Source of the DNA: a virus
DNA: 64,000 nucleotides
Reading direction: 5' to 3' (one strand)
IMG/VR virus record: IMGVR_UViG_3300022200_000028
Below, piece by piece: positions 1 through 9,902 of the stretch. Below the pieces are notes generated by a model that made no database searches, had not been told where the DNA came from, and worked only from the letters and a program-made list of their open reading frames with translations. Each line of letters opens with the position of its first letter. Position 1 is the first letter of the stretch. The position numbers were made by a program, and so were the translations under genes.

Positions 1-727
1 AGGACATATTATCAGTGTTGATGACTACGGTTGCCATCTTTTTTATTTCATCTATTCCGTTTTCTGACGCATGAGAAGAGTGCTCAGGGCTCATTAGTTT
101 ACCATCTCTTTTCATTAGGCGCTCATTTAGTGTATCCACTGAGGCATCGAAGCATACAATGAATCCGTTTGGCTGCTTTAATATGTGCTCGGCTTCATTT
201 GGATATCTAACATCTGAAACCAAAATGATCATTGGATACGAATCTTCATCTTCTTTTAATTGACTCAGATATGATCTATATATCTTAGACGATTTAATTA
301 TCGCCCATCTGGCAAAACAATCAGGAGAAAATGATCTACAAAGATCTCCTGCTTTTTGCAGAAACTCTCTGGGCTTTGTGCCTTCTGGCTCTATTGGCAT
401 AGAATAAATCGATTCAACCATAGAAGTAAGCTCTTCATATTCTGGAACATCTCCAAGGGATGTTCCCCCATAAAGGTCAAACAACACGTCGTGGATTGCG
501 TACATTCTTCTTCTTTTTTGATTAAAGCCCTGGATATTCTTTTTGATTGATGCCATCTCATATAGCGGAAGTGCGTAAAAAATATGATCCCATTTGATTT
601 CATATCTTAGAGATTCTATAGATCCTTTTGGAACTATGTTCTCTGCTACAGACGTCTTTCCACTTCCAGCCTTTCCAGCAAGGCCGACAATTATTGGCTG
701 GTTTTTCTTTAAATCAATCATATCCAT
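1..727 (-). CDS. P-loop nucleotide kinase, (deoxy)nucleoside monophosphate kinase-like, 3' end outside window
   Basis: Manual minus-strand translation from ATG at 727: MDMIDLKKNQPIIVGLAGKAGSGKTSVAENIVP...; Walker A GxxGxGKTS; open to window edge (not in ORF track because partial). Confidence 0.7.
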   Translation of the reverse strand, partial: MDMIDLKKNQPIIVGLAGKAGSGKTSVAENIVPKGSIESLRYEIKWDHIFYALPLYEMASIKKNIQGFNQKRRRMYAIHDVLFDLYGGTSLGDVPEYEELTSMVESIYSMPIEPEGTKPREFLQKAGDLCRSFSPDCFARWAIIKSSKIYRSYLSQLKEDEDSYPMIILVSDVRYPNEAEHILKQPNGFIVCFDASVDTLNERLMKRDGKLMSPEHSSHASENGIDEIKKMATVVINTDNMS

Positions 728-734
728 AATTATA

Positions 735-1160
735 TCACATACTTCTCTTTCTTTCCTCTAACTGATTGAGAAATTCATTTGCCAACAAATCTGGCTCCCA
801 AACAAAAGCCCTTGGAACTTGAACTACTCTAAACTTATATTCAGATCTTATTTCTTCAACAGTCATCAGAAGCGGCATTAGGGATGCGTTTTTGCATTTC
901 CACTTACCGTTTATTTGATTTGCTACTACTGCAGAATCAGTATAGATAATTGGATCCATTAAATCTGACAAAGAACAGATTAAAAGTCCAGCTATAACAG
1001 CCTCATATTCAGCTTCGTTATTGGTTCTACGACCAAGACCTCTGGCAAATTGTGCTATCTTTTTTTTGTTCTTATAAACAACAGCAGCGCAAGAAGCTTC
1101 TCCGAATTTTTTTTGCCCTTGCCCCCTAGAGGCTCCGTCGCAAAATACTTCTATATTCAT
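735..1160 (-). CDS. rnhA: Ribonuclease H (RNase HI family)
   Basis: MNIEVFCDGASRGQG..., TNNEAEYEAVIAGL, YTDSAVVANQI: RNase H catalytic D/E/D pattern. Confidence 0.9.
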   Translation of the reverse strand: MNIEVFCDGASRGQGQKKFGEASCAAVVYKNKKKIAQFARGLGRRTNNEAEYEAVIAGLLICSLSDLMDPIIYTDSAVVANQINGKWKCKNASLMPLLMTVEEIRSEYKFRVVQVPRAFVWEPDLLANEFLNQLEERKRSM

Positions 1161-1162
1161 GT

Positions 1163-1372
1163 CTAGCTAACTTTTACATTAGTCTTTATGTCGTTTTTTT
1201 TAGCTACCTCGTAAAGACCTTCCTCTTGTTTTGATGTTGCTATTTGTATCGTTGAGGCAAGAAGGTATCTTTCACTTAAGAGTTCTACCTGAGTTGGAAA
1301 ATCTAATGAGTTTCTTTTTTCAGAGTAAAATTCTTTCGGAGAATTTACTGATTTATAATGAGCTATAAACAT
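1163..1372 (-). CDS. hypothetical protein
   Basis: 69-aa ORF tightly packed between neighbours. Confidence 0.5.
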   Translation of the reverse strand: MFIAHYKSVNSPKEFYSEKRNSLDFPTQVELLSERYLLASTIQIATSKQEEGLYEVAKKNDIKTNVKVS

Positions 1373-1381
1373 AATTATCCT

Positions 1382-1897
1382 TTAATAAGTTTTGAAATCT
1401 TCATCTAAATAATAACCTTTAGACTCTCTATTGGAAGCTATCTGCATTGACTGCACTTTATCCATCAACTTTCTTGCTGACTCTGAAGCTATTCTAGCAG
1501 AATTTTCTAATGACTCAGCTAGATTTACAATAGCTTCGCAGGTAACAAGAGCAGAGTATTCTGATTCAGCTGCTTCCATGGCGGCGGCTTCTCGCTCAGC
1601 CTCGTTCTTTCCTATCCTAGAAGACTTGTATACTTTTTTGTATTTTCCTTCTATGATCTTATAGTTGGCTCTCGCCATGCCGGCAAATCTAGCTGCTCTT
1701 CCATAAACATTAGAGGTTCTGGCAACCAGGGAAGCCAACTTATCTAAACCAAGATCTATCACATCTTCTTCGGGTATTTCAATAAAGTATTGGTTTTGCG
1801 AGCCTTGATTCGTGTAAGAGTTTATAACTTCTTGAATTTGTGGATTCAAGAAATCAGATAAAAGCTGCTGTAACTTTTCTATTCCCTGAAAGTTCAT
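1382..1897 (-). CDS. hypothetical protein, helical
   Basis: 171-aa ORF, overlaps the sigma factor stop by 4 nt (ATGA). Confidence 0.7.
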   Translation of the reverse strand: MNFQGIEKLQQLLSDFLNPQIQEVINSYTNQGSQNQYFIEIPEEDVIDLGLDKLASLVARTSNVYGRAARFAGMARANYKIIEGKYKKVYKSSRIGKNEAEREAAAMEAAESEYSALVTCEAIVNLAESLENSARIASESARKLMDKVQSMQIASNRESKGYYLDEDFKTY

Positions 1898-2758
1898 TCA
1901 TCATCCTTATCAAGCTTAAGTTCTTTTATTAATTCTTCCATATTTTGTTTTTTTATTTCTTCTTCTATTTTATCTTTTATTCTGGACAAGTGTTCTCTAA
2001 CGGTATTTGGATGTTCATTTATTTTTTTAGATATCTCACTCGACTTTTTCCCATCTGCGAACCTCCATTTTATCAGCTGTCTCTCTTGTATGGTAAGCAC
2101 ATCGAACGGAGGAAATAATTTTTCTCCTAAAACCCACATCTCATCTATTTCATCTCTTGTAAATATTTGCTCTAGCGTATATTCTATCGGCTCGGCTCTA
2201 AATCCCTGCTTTTGTTGTCCATTATCTTCTTCAAAAGATTCATCTGTTATTAATGGGAATGTTTTTCTTCCTAATTGATCTATTAAAAATGTGTCTACAT
2301 TCTTTTTTAGTAGATAAAAAAAGTAGCTATATAAAAAACCGCTGAAAGGTATTGGCCCTTTAGCGGAATCTCTTCTTTCATATCTCTTTATACATTGAAA
2401 GAAAGTCATGTTCACAGTTTGTCTTATATCTTCTTCGTCGCCATATCTTTTTGCCATATATTGAATACCGACCCATGACTTCGTAGACATGCTTCATATT
2501 TTCTTTATTGATTTTATTCTTTGCTAAGGCGAATCTTACATACGGATTTTTGACAAACAAACCTATGAATCTTCTAACGTCATAGTCCTTGATATTGTAT
2601 CTTCCGTGATAGAGCAGGGCAACATATTTAGTTAAAAAGTTATGAAAAACTTTTAGCAGTTCTTCCTGGGCCTTTGAACTACCTTCCTTAGCTTTTGCAA
2701 TCAGTTCCTGCATTTCGGATTCTTTTAAATTATAATATTGTTCTTTATAAGTAGACAT
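1894..2758 (-). CDS. RNA polymerase sigma-factor-like protein, expressed by +1 frameshift at CGG (2468-2470)
   Basis: N-part in ORF 2378..2773 (AKAKEGSSKAQEELLKVFHNFLTKYVALL...DYDVRRFIGLF), C-part in ORF 1894..2490 (YGDEEDIRQTVNMTFFQC...LTIQERQLIKWRFADGKKSSEISKKINEHPNTVREHLSRIKDKI). Junction ATG GGT c GGT ATT CAA. Start (TAATG) overlaps the upstream gene stop. Confidence 0.75.
2468..2470 (-). promoter_or_regulatory. CGG +1 frameshift site (sigma factor)
   Basis: Coding strand ATG GGT CGG TAT -> GGT c GGT ATT. Confidence 0.75.
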
Positions 2759-3318
2759 TATTTTCCTTCCCAATTTGGGATCAATGAACTATATTCATTT
2801 CGAATATCTTCATAATGAATTATTTTTGGCACTTCTATTTCATCCATAAAAGAACATGCTTCTTTAGAGTACTTGCTAATGATGCAAACAAGTTTTTCAA
2901 ACTCTTCTGGATAGTACCTTTTAAATCTCCTGAGCTTTATCTTACTTTTATCGTCAAGATAACCCTTTATTTCTACCCACTCATCAGACTTTGTCAGGTA
3001 AAAATCTGGAGTATAACCTTTTGTTCCTCTTTTTATTGGAAAGGCAAAGACTGTTGGTTCAAATTCAAACTTGATTTTATATCCATTTAAAATTCTTACA
3101 AAGTTTGCTTCCCAATTTGATCTTACATTAAGATTTATATCCTGCCTGAATCCAGTTTTTGTATGCTTATACGCATTTCCCCTGGATGTGTTTGCTTTTG
3201 TGTTTTCTACTGCTATAATATTCTCTGTGTTGTTTTTGCTACTAGAGAATTTTGGGCTTCCACTAATGGAAGATCTTTCCAAAAAAAAGTCGCTGGAGTT
3301 GACAATTTCTATCGACAT
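2758..3318 (-). CDS. PD-(D/E)XK endonuclease (T7 endonuclease I / VSR-like)
   Basis: YTPDFYLTKSDEWVEIKGYLDD: D-(n)-ExK core; likely start MSIEIVNSS at 3318. Confidence 0.65.
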   Translation of the reverse strand: MSIEIVNSSDFFLERSSISGSPKFSSSKNNTENIIAVENTKANTSRGNAYKHTKTGFRQDINLNVRSNWEANFVRILNGYKIKFEFEPTVFAFPIKRGTKGYTPDFYLTKSDEWVEIKGYLDDKSKIKLRRFKRYYPEEFEKLVCIISKYSKEACSFMDEIEVPKIIHYEDIRNEYSSLIPNWEGK

Positions 3319-3396
3319 GGTGTAACCTCTATCTTGTTGAAATAACACGTATATTATAGTTCATAATTAAACAAAACACAAGCAAAGGATAAAATT

Positions 3397-3567
3397 ATGG
3401 TTACAATGAATCAAATCATCACCTCGTTCAAGAAGTCACTTAACGAGAACGTCATCGAAAGCCTGCAGGAAGCTGGCTACGATAACACAACAGCCACCAA
3501 GCTGGTAACTCAGTTTGAGGGCCTTGCTGTGGAAGATCTGACTTTTGAGTCTGACTCAAGCTTCTAA
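3397..3567 (+). CDS. 56-aa plus-strand small protein
   Basis: ATG at 3397 after AAAGGAT: MVTMNQIITSFKKSLNENVIESLQEAGYDNTTATKLVTQFEGLAVEDLTFESDSSF*; followed by strong terminator; below ORF-track size cutoff. Confidence 0.7.
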   Translation: MVTMNQIITSFKKSLNENVIESLQEAGYDNTTATKLVTQFEGLAVEDLTFESDSSF

Positions 3568-3590
3568 TTTAACTACAGCTATAAAGAATG

Positions 3591-3616
3591 CCCCGGCGGA
3601 AACGCCGGGGTTTTTC
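3591..3616 (+). terminator. Rho-independent terminator
   Basis: CCCCGGCG-GAAA-CGCCGGGG followed by TTTTTC in the plus orientation. Confidence 0.9.
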
Positions 3617-3618
3617 TT

Positions 3619-4418
3619 TTATGCCCTTGCTACTTTCTTATTTCTGAATACACCGAGTTGGACAAGCTCCGGTTTTTGCGTGCTCGCAGTAACTACATAT
3701 TCTTCCATTACTGGTGGGAGAAAATGAAGTATCATTTACAATTTGTTTTATTGAATTAATTATATTTAATTTTACGTTTTCTAAATCTTCTGGCGTAAAT
3801 GTATGTCGCTTATGCCTTCCAGATCTTAGGTAATACAGCTCTGCTGTTATCTTTTTGTCAGGGAAAGCTAGTGATGCGGCAAGTGCATATATGCCTAGCT
3901 GAAGATTATTCGGAAGTTCTTTTTGAGAAACTTCCCATTTTCCTGTTTTATAATCAATAATTACTACTTCATCTTCATATAGATCTATTCTATCTATATA
4001 TCCAATCAATAAGTAATTTCCTATTATAAATTTAAATTCATATTCTTTATCAAAAACATTGAAAGTAGCTGCGGGATTCTCATCAAAAAATTCATTTAAA
4101 ATTGTTTCACCAACAGATACTAATTGTTCTGATATTTTTTTCTCTGGATCGTAGGAAGCTTTATGTTTTTCGTACTCAGTCTTTATTTCTTCTTGATCAA
4201 GTGGCTTGTCCCTGCTAACAACATTTTCTAAAACAGAGTGGACTATATTTCCGCAGAACAGCCGCTTCCCCAAATATCTTTGGCTCTTTCTTTATATAGG
4301 TATAAAAATATTTAGAAGGACACTGTTGATAGGTGTCTATTCTAGAATAAGAAAAATCAACTAAAGCTAGCCTTTGAATTGGCTGTAGTTCTTCTATTTT
4401 TTTAATTTCTATTTGCAT
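3619..4418 (-). CDS. Cas4/RecB-family PD-(D/E)XK exonuclease, expressed by +1 frameshift at CGG 4251-4253 and possibly a second at 3653-3655
   Basis: N-part ORF 4215..4418 (SRIDTYQQCPSKYFYTYI...FGEAAVL) plus ORF 3638..4273 (GNIVHSVLENVV...EVVIIDYKTGKW...LQLGIYALAA...CSYC). Fusion recreates the family motif LGNIVHSVLE. If 3653 also shifts, the stop moves to 3619. Confidence 0.8.
3653..3655 (-). promoter_or_regulatory. possible CGG +1 frameshift site (nuclease 3' end)
   Basis: CCA ACT CGG TGT -> ACT c GGT GTA TTC; only the general rule supports this one. Confidence 0.4.
4251..4253 (-). promoter_or_regulatory. CGG +1 frameshift site (Cas4/RecB-like nuclease)
   Basis: GTT CTG CGG AAA -> CTG c GGA AAT ATA. 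Confidence 0.8.
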
Positions 4419-4588
4419 TAAATGTCTTCGTTTTTAGTCTCTACTAAATTTCCTTGAGCGTCGTACTCAATGCCATTTTCGTCAATAATATGGCCAGTAT
4501 GGATATTTTTATATAATCCTTCTCCAACCGGAACCCAGCCGGTATTTCCAATCTCCATATGATCATCTTCAATGTAGGGCCACTGCAT
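4418..4588 (-). CDS. small hypothetical protein (56 aa)
   Basis: Manual translation MQWPYIEDDHMEIGNTGWVPVGEGLYKNIHTGHIIDENGIEYDAQGNLVETKNEDI*; TAATG overlap with nuclease start. Confidence 0.6.
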   Translation of the reverse strand: MQWPYIEDDHMEIGNTGWVPVGEGLYKNIHTGHIIDENGIEYDAQGNLVETKNEDI

Positions 4589-4594
4589 AATAAA

Positions 4595-4801
4595 CTACCT
4601 TAAAGAGATAACTATATTGCTAGCTGCATCCATATTGTAATAGTAACTCAACAATGAATATAGGTCATATAGTTCGTCATCCGAGGCATAGAAGCCAGCA
4701 ACGCCAGACTGAACAAAAAAACTGCTTCTATCGTTTGGCTCTTGGTATTCTATTAATGTTAAATTATTGTACGATATTCTTCCTATTTCTTTTTCGTTCA
4801 T
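4595..4801 (-). CDS. hypothetical protein
   Basis: 68-aa ORF. Confidence 0.5.
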   Translation of the reverse strand: MNEKEIGRISYNNLTLIEYQEPNDRSSFFVQSGVAGFYASDDELYDLYSLLSYYYNMDAASNIVISLR

Positions 4802-4802
4802 A

Positions 4803-5171
4803 CTAATCCTCGTCTATTATTGTTATTGGATTAAAGTTTGGATCCCCGAGCTTATTTCTCATGTCTTTAACGTATGAATCCCAATCTCTTTCGTCTTGGG
4901 TTTTCTTTTCATAGTTTACTTTTCCCTTAAATGGATTAGATCTAAATCTTGTTATTACTAGTCTTCCTTCTTGAGTGCGCCATCTTAAAACTCCATTTTT
5001 GCAGTCGCAGAAATCATCTGGATGCGGATCTGTTTTTCCTAAGGGATCATATCTACCGCTACAAGAAACGCACTTGTTATACTTGCCCTTGTCTTGGCAT
5101 CTATTGCATGATGAGCAAAAATTCCAACAATCTTTTGTTGATGGATTTTGATAACTTCCAGGAAGTGTCAT
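4803..5171 (-). CDS. Cys-rich (zinc-binding-like) hypothetical protein
   Basis: CWNFCSSCNRCQDKGKYNKCVSCSGRYDP...CDCKNG; ATGA overlap with dnaE stop suggests start MTLPGSYQ at 5171. Confidence 0.6.
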   Translation of the reverse strand: MTLPGSYQNPSTKDCWNFCSSCNRCQDKGKYNKCVSCSGRYDPLGKTDPHPDDFCDCKNGVLRWRTQEGRLVITRFRSNPFKGKVNYEKKTQDERDWDSYVKDMRNKLGDPNFNPITIIDED

Positions 5172-8100
5172 GATACTGGCTCCAATTCTAATATTTGTTT
5201 TATTACAGGGACTACTTTGGTAGAGCACAATATGTCAAACTTGTAAACAAATTTATGCTTTCCATTTTTTACTTCTAAAAATACAGGTCTATTACCTTTA
5301 TTATCTGCAATTATATCATATATTTTATCTAAAGTCACTTGAGAAACATCTGAATCAGCCTTAAGTATAATCGGCTTTCCTCCATGAAATACTTTTGAGT
5401 CAATTTTTTCTGAAGAATTATAGAATATTTTTACTATTGAATTTTCTTCATCGCTTTCTTTATTGAGTGCTCCACTCACAATTACAATATCCCCTACGGC
5501 AAAGTGATTTTCATATATATTTTTTGCCACTCGTGGAAATATTAAAACTTCAATGCTAGAGCTGATGTCTTCAAGTTGAAGCTTGAACATCTTCTCGCCT
5601 TTTTTGGTGGTCATTTTTTTAATTGAATTAATTATTCCGCCGACCTTAACCTGAGTCCCAGAATCAAGATCTCCAAGATCTATAATCTCACTAGTCACCT
5701 GGCTTCCAATTACATCCCATATGCCCAAGACTGGATGATTAGTTACGTATATGCCTAGTTCTTCTTTTTCTTTTTCTAATATTTCTAATTCAACTCTTCT
5801 ACTTATCTCATTATTTTTATCTTCTTCTATTAGCTCATCAAAAGCCCCAGCCGCTGCTAGGTGAGCTAGTGTTGACTTCTTAAGTATAGAGGGGTCACAT
5901 CTTCTAAAGAAGTCATACATATTAGAGTAAGGATGTTCTAGGTCTTTATTCTTAACAATTGTTTCTGCGATTGTGTAGCCTATTCCATCTATCGCCGAAA
6001 GACCAAAGATAATCTTTTTGTTTTCAATAACATCAAAATCTATTCCAGATTTGTTAATCGAAGGTGGCATCACTTCTAGGTCAAGTCTTCTACAGTCTGT
6101 AAGATAAAAAGCCTGCTTGTCCTTATTGCCCACAACAGAAGACATCAATGCAGCCATATATTCTGTTGTATAATTTGTCTTTAAGTACGCTGTAGTGTAT
6201 GAAATCATAGCGTAGCTAGCTGCGTGCGCTCTATTAAAGCCATAGCCACCGAAATATTCTATATCTGAATATATCTTGTTTGCTTTTTCTGGAAGCATGT
6301 TTGAATTTTTTACACAGCCCTCAACAAACTTAGCTCTAAACATAGCTATTTTATCCATCAATTTTTTTCCAATTACTTTGCGAAGATCATCCGCCTCAGC
6401 TGAACTAAATCCAGCTAACTCTCTAGCGACACCAAGAACGTCTTCTTGATACAACATAATGCCTAGGGAGGGGCCAAGAACCTTTTCTAGCTTTGGATGA
6501 TCATAAGATACCTTTGATCTACCGTGCTTTCTGTCAATATAAAGCTTATCCATTCCAGAGCCCATCGGGCCTGGACGATAAAGAGATATAAGAGCCATGA
6601 TATCTTCAATATTATGAGGCTGCAGTTGAACCATTAGCTGTCTCATTCCAGAAGACTCCAACTGAAACACGCCTGCACAGTTGCCTTTGCAAAGCTCATC
6701 AAATGTAGCTTTATCGTCAAGTGGAATTTGATCCACATCTATTTCTATTCCTCTGTGCTTCTTAACCAAGTTTATGCAGGAGTCGATAACGCCTAAGTTT
6801 CTTAATCCCAAAAAGTCAATCTTTAAAAGACCGCACTGCTCTACTCTGCCCATGTCCCATTGGGTAACTATTGGATTATCTATTCCCTTTTTCATGATGG
6901 GCAGATAGTCAACCAGTGGCCCCTTAGATATAACAACTCCAGCTGCGTGAATTCCAGTTTGTCTGACTAATCCCTCAAGAGTAAATGCAGTATCAATTAT
7001 ATATTTAGAATCTTTATCTAAATTATATTCTTTTTTAAACTCCTCTGTCTCCATACATTCTGAAAGGGACTTTGAGATACCTAGGACTGGCGGAGGAACT
7101 AATTTAGATACCTTATCCCCGGAAGAAAAATCATAACCAAGAGCTCTTGCAGCATCTCTTATTGATTGCTTTGCACCAGTTCTATTGAATGTGCATATAT
7201 GAGCTACTCGGTCATCTCCATATTTGCTTCTGGCGTAATCTATTACCTTATCTCTAAATCTATCGTCAAAGTCTAGATCTATGTCTGGCATAGACTTTCT
7301 TCCTTCTACAAGAAATCTCTCAAACAAAAGGCCGAACCTAATTGGATCCAAATTAGTAATGTCAAATGCGTAAGACAAAACGCTACCGGCTGCTGATCCT
7401 CTACCCCATCCAACTCGTATATCATTGGCCTTTGCCCATCTGACCAGATCAGAAACCACTAAAAAGTATTCGGGAAATCCCATTTCTTTAACTACTTTTA
7501 TTTCATGATTAGCTCTGTCTACTATATGCTGAGGAAGTTCTTGTCCATATTTTACCCTAAGACCATCCCATGCCAATCTTTCAAAATATTCTACCGATGA
7601 TTCGTTTGTTGGAATTGGAAACTTTGGAAAATGAATTTCTCCAAACTTAAGATTTATATCTACCATATCGCAAACTGACATAGTGTTTTTTAGCCACTCG
7701 TCTCCAAACAAAGAAGACATTTCATCGTATGATTTTAGATAAAAATTATCACCAGAAAAAGAAAACCTATCTGGAGTATGTATTGTTGCGTTAGTCGCCA
7801 CGCACAACATAACGTCATGAGCTCTTGCGTCCTTTTGATGAACGTAATGACAGTCGCCAGTTGGAACTATTTTTGCTCCAATTGAATTAGCTATCTCTAT
7901 AAGTTGACCAGAAATCTTTTTCTGTTCTGGCAGACCGTGATCTTGTATTTCTATAAAGTAATTTTCTTTACCAACTATGCTCTGCATTTTGTACGCAGAT
8001 TCGAGGGCAAACTTGTAGTCACCTCTTAGCAGGGCTTGAGATATCTCACTGTTCAAACAGCCAGAAAGAACTATGAGACCCTCTGAATGCTGAGCTACTA

Positions 8101-8501
8101 GGTCGTGATCTATTCTGGGCTTAACGTAATAGCCTTCCAGAAAAGACCTAGAAGACATCTTAATTATATTGTGATATCCAACATTGTTCTTGGCAAGAAT
8201 GGTTATATGATAAGGGCCTCTTTGTTCCCATTCATTTTTAGATGGACCAGATCTTTCTTCTTCGTCTTTATCAAATCTTGTTTTTCTAGCTTGATAAAAT
8301 TCGCTTCCGAAGAATAGGCTTTATACCAGTGGCTTGTGCTGCATCGTAGAAATCTAACCAAGAATGTATGTTGCCGTGATCCGTAGTGGCGAGTCCAGAC
8401 ATACCTAAAGACTTAGCTCTAGATAAGTATTCTTCTACATTCCCATGACCATCTAACATAGAAAAGACTGTATGGTTATGTAAATTGGTCCAGTTTTTCA
8501 A
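5168..8501 (-). CDS. dnaE: DNA polymerase III alpha subunit (about 1,110 aa), expressed by +1 frameshift at CGG 8307-8309
   Basis: PHP N-terminus MKNWTNLHNHTVFSMLDGHGNVEEYLSRAKSLGMSGLATTDHG in ORF 8286..8501; remainder (GSEFYQARKTRF...PDIDLDF, YRPGPMGSGM, GYGFNRAHAASYAMISY) in frame of ORF 5168..8158, open up to the CGG. Start overlaps upstream stop (ATGA). Confidence 0.95.
8307..8309 (-). promoter_or_regulatory. CGG +1 frameshift site (dnaE)
   Basis: ATT CTT CGG AAG -> CTT c GGA AGC GAA TTT. Confidence 0.9.
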
Positions 8502-8710
8502 CTAATTCCTCTATCTCTATCTGAGCTATCTAATGATTTATCTCTTGTTTCCCTATATGTTATCACAACAACCCCACCACAGTACTTACACGGCACAGCT
8601 AAACCTTGTTGTGCAAAAGCATTTTTATACATGTAGCTCATTGGTTGATCTGATTTACATTCAGAACAAACTCCTATAACATCATCTGGATTTTTTATAT
8701 TGTCAGACAT
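8498..8710 (-). CDS. small zinc-ribbon-like protein
   Basis: CSECKSDQP...CKYCGGVVVITY. Confidence 0.55.
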   Translation of the reverse strand: MSDNIKNPDDVIGVCSECKSDQPMSYMYKNAFAQQGLAVPCKYCGGVVVITYRETRDKSLDSSDRDRGIS

Positions 8711-9902
8711 CTAATCCTCCTTTTTAGTTTTATATGCAAATCGTATTGGCGAAGGCATTGACTCTTCTGAGCTCTCTATGTATCTATCGCCTATTGTTAT
8801 CCATTTCTTCTTTTTTTCTAACTCACAATCTCCACAACCTACTCCAGCTGCATTTGCTCTTTCGCAAGTATAAGGCCTACCGCCGATGCCAAGCTGTCTT
8901 CTTTTGATCCAGTCATTTATATGGCTAGTTGACTTTTCATAATTGAAATCATCGCAAAGCTTTAGTATTTCATATAGAAATTCTATTGACTCTTTATCAT
9001 ACGTTAGGATTGAGCATAGAAAAAGTCTGGCTTCATGGCTTAGGGTTTTTGTTCTCTTTGCGTCTTCTATGTGTCTCTGTATTGATGAGCAGTTTCTAAG
9101 TAATTCTTTTTTAGTAAATTGTTTTTCTGACATTGAAAGCTCTTTGAAAGCAGAGGACCCATTTTTATTAAAATAATCTAAGAAATCTTTTGATCTTTCT
9201 TTGTCTATTTCCATGTCATAAGAAAAGTTTCTATACCACTCTCCGGCTTTAGAATTAAATTCTTGTTCCTTTACATTGTTATCTTGTTTTATGGAGCAGT
9301 ATTTTTTTATGGTTTCTATATCAGAAAATAATATATCTTTAGATAAAAGATTTTTATACATTCCTGTGTCTTGATGAACTGTACCTGGATATCTCCACAT
9401 TCTTCTAAGATCATAGACGCTAAAATCTAAGGACTGAAGATTAAGCTTTACCTTTAACTTATTAGCTATGTATCTAAAAATATTTGGAAGATTATTTGAG
9501 GGATTAATTCCTAAAGCGGTCGCTTCGCACTCGACATGAAAACCCTTTTTACCAGTAAAATATACTAATAAAGATTCACTTGGAATATGCTCTTCTAAAT
9601 ACGAATATAAGTTTCGAGTTTCAGTTAATGAAACTGTAACATCTTCATGATCTAAATCGAAATAAAGAGACCCTAATCGCGTTGCCTTATCTATATCGGG
9701 AGTATTATAATGCCAAATTGAAGTGTATATTCCGAACATTATTATGCTTTTGACAGTATTCTTCCATGTCATTTATATCTATGAACATAGTCTGATCTGA
9801 TTTTTTATCTCTAATAACTTTATTTAATGATTTTACATACTTAGCTGTTTCTACGTAGGTCCAAGCGCCAGTGTATTTGGTTTTGTCGCTAGTTATCTTC
9901 AT
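8711..9902 (-). CDS. Archaeo-eukaryotic primase superfamily (PriS-like) primase, about 396 aa, expressed by +1 frameshift at CGG 9732-9734
   Basis: LYFDLDHED, YFTGKKGFHVE, RRMWRYPGTVHQDTGMYK motifs in ORF 8711..9772; N-terminus MKITSDKTKYTG...KHNNV in ORF 9705..9941; junction V-GIYTSIWHYNTPDIDK. Confidence 0.8.
9732..9734 (-). promoter_or_regulatory. CGG +1 frameshift site (primase)
   Basis: AAT GTT CGG AAT -> GTT c GGA ATA TAC. Confidence 0.85.

Noticed and set aside
2465-2490. Classical -1 slippery site GGCAAAAAG in the sigma factor overlap
   Set aside because: The required direction is +1, not -1, and the A run is not a standard heptamer in frame.
4251-4270. GGGG homopolymer at the nuclease break as a likely indel
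   Set aside because: Correcting the G run would give FGKRLFCGNIVH and lose the AAVL stretch; shifting at the CGG gives the family-typical EAAVLGNIVHSVLE.
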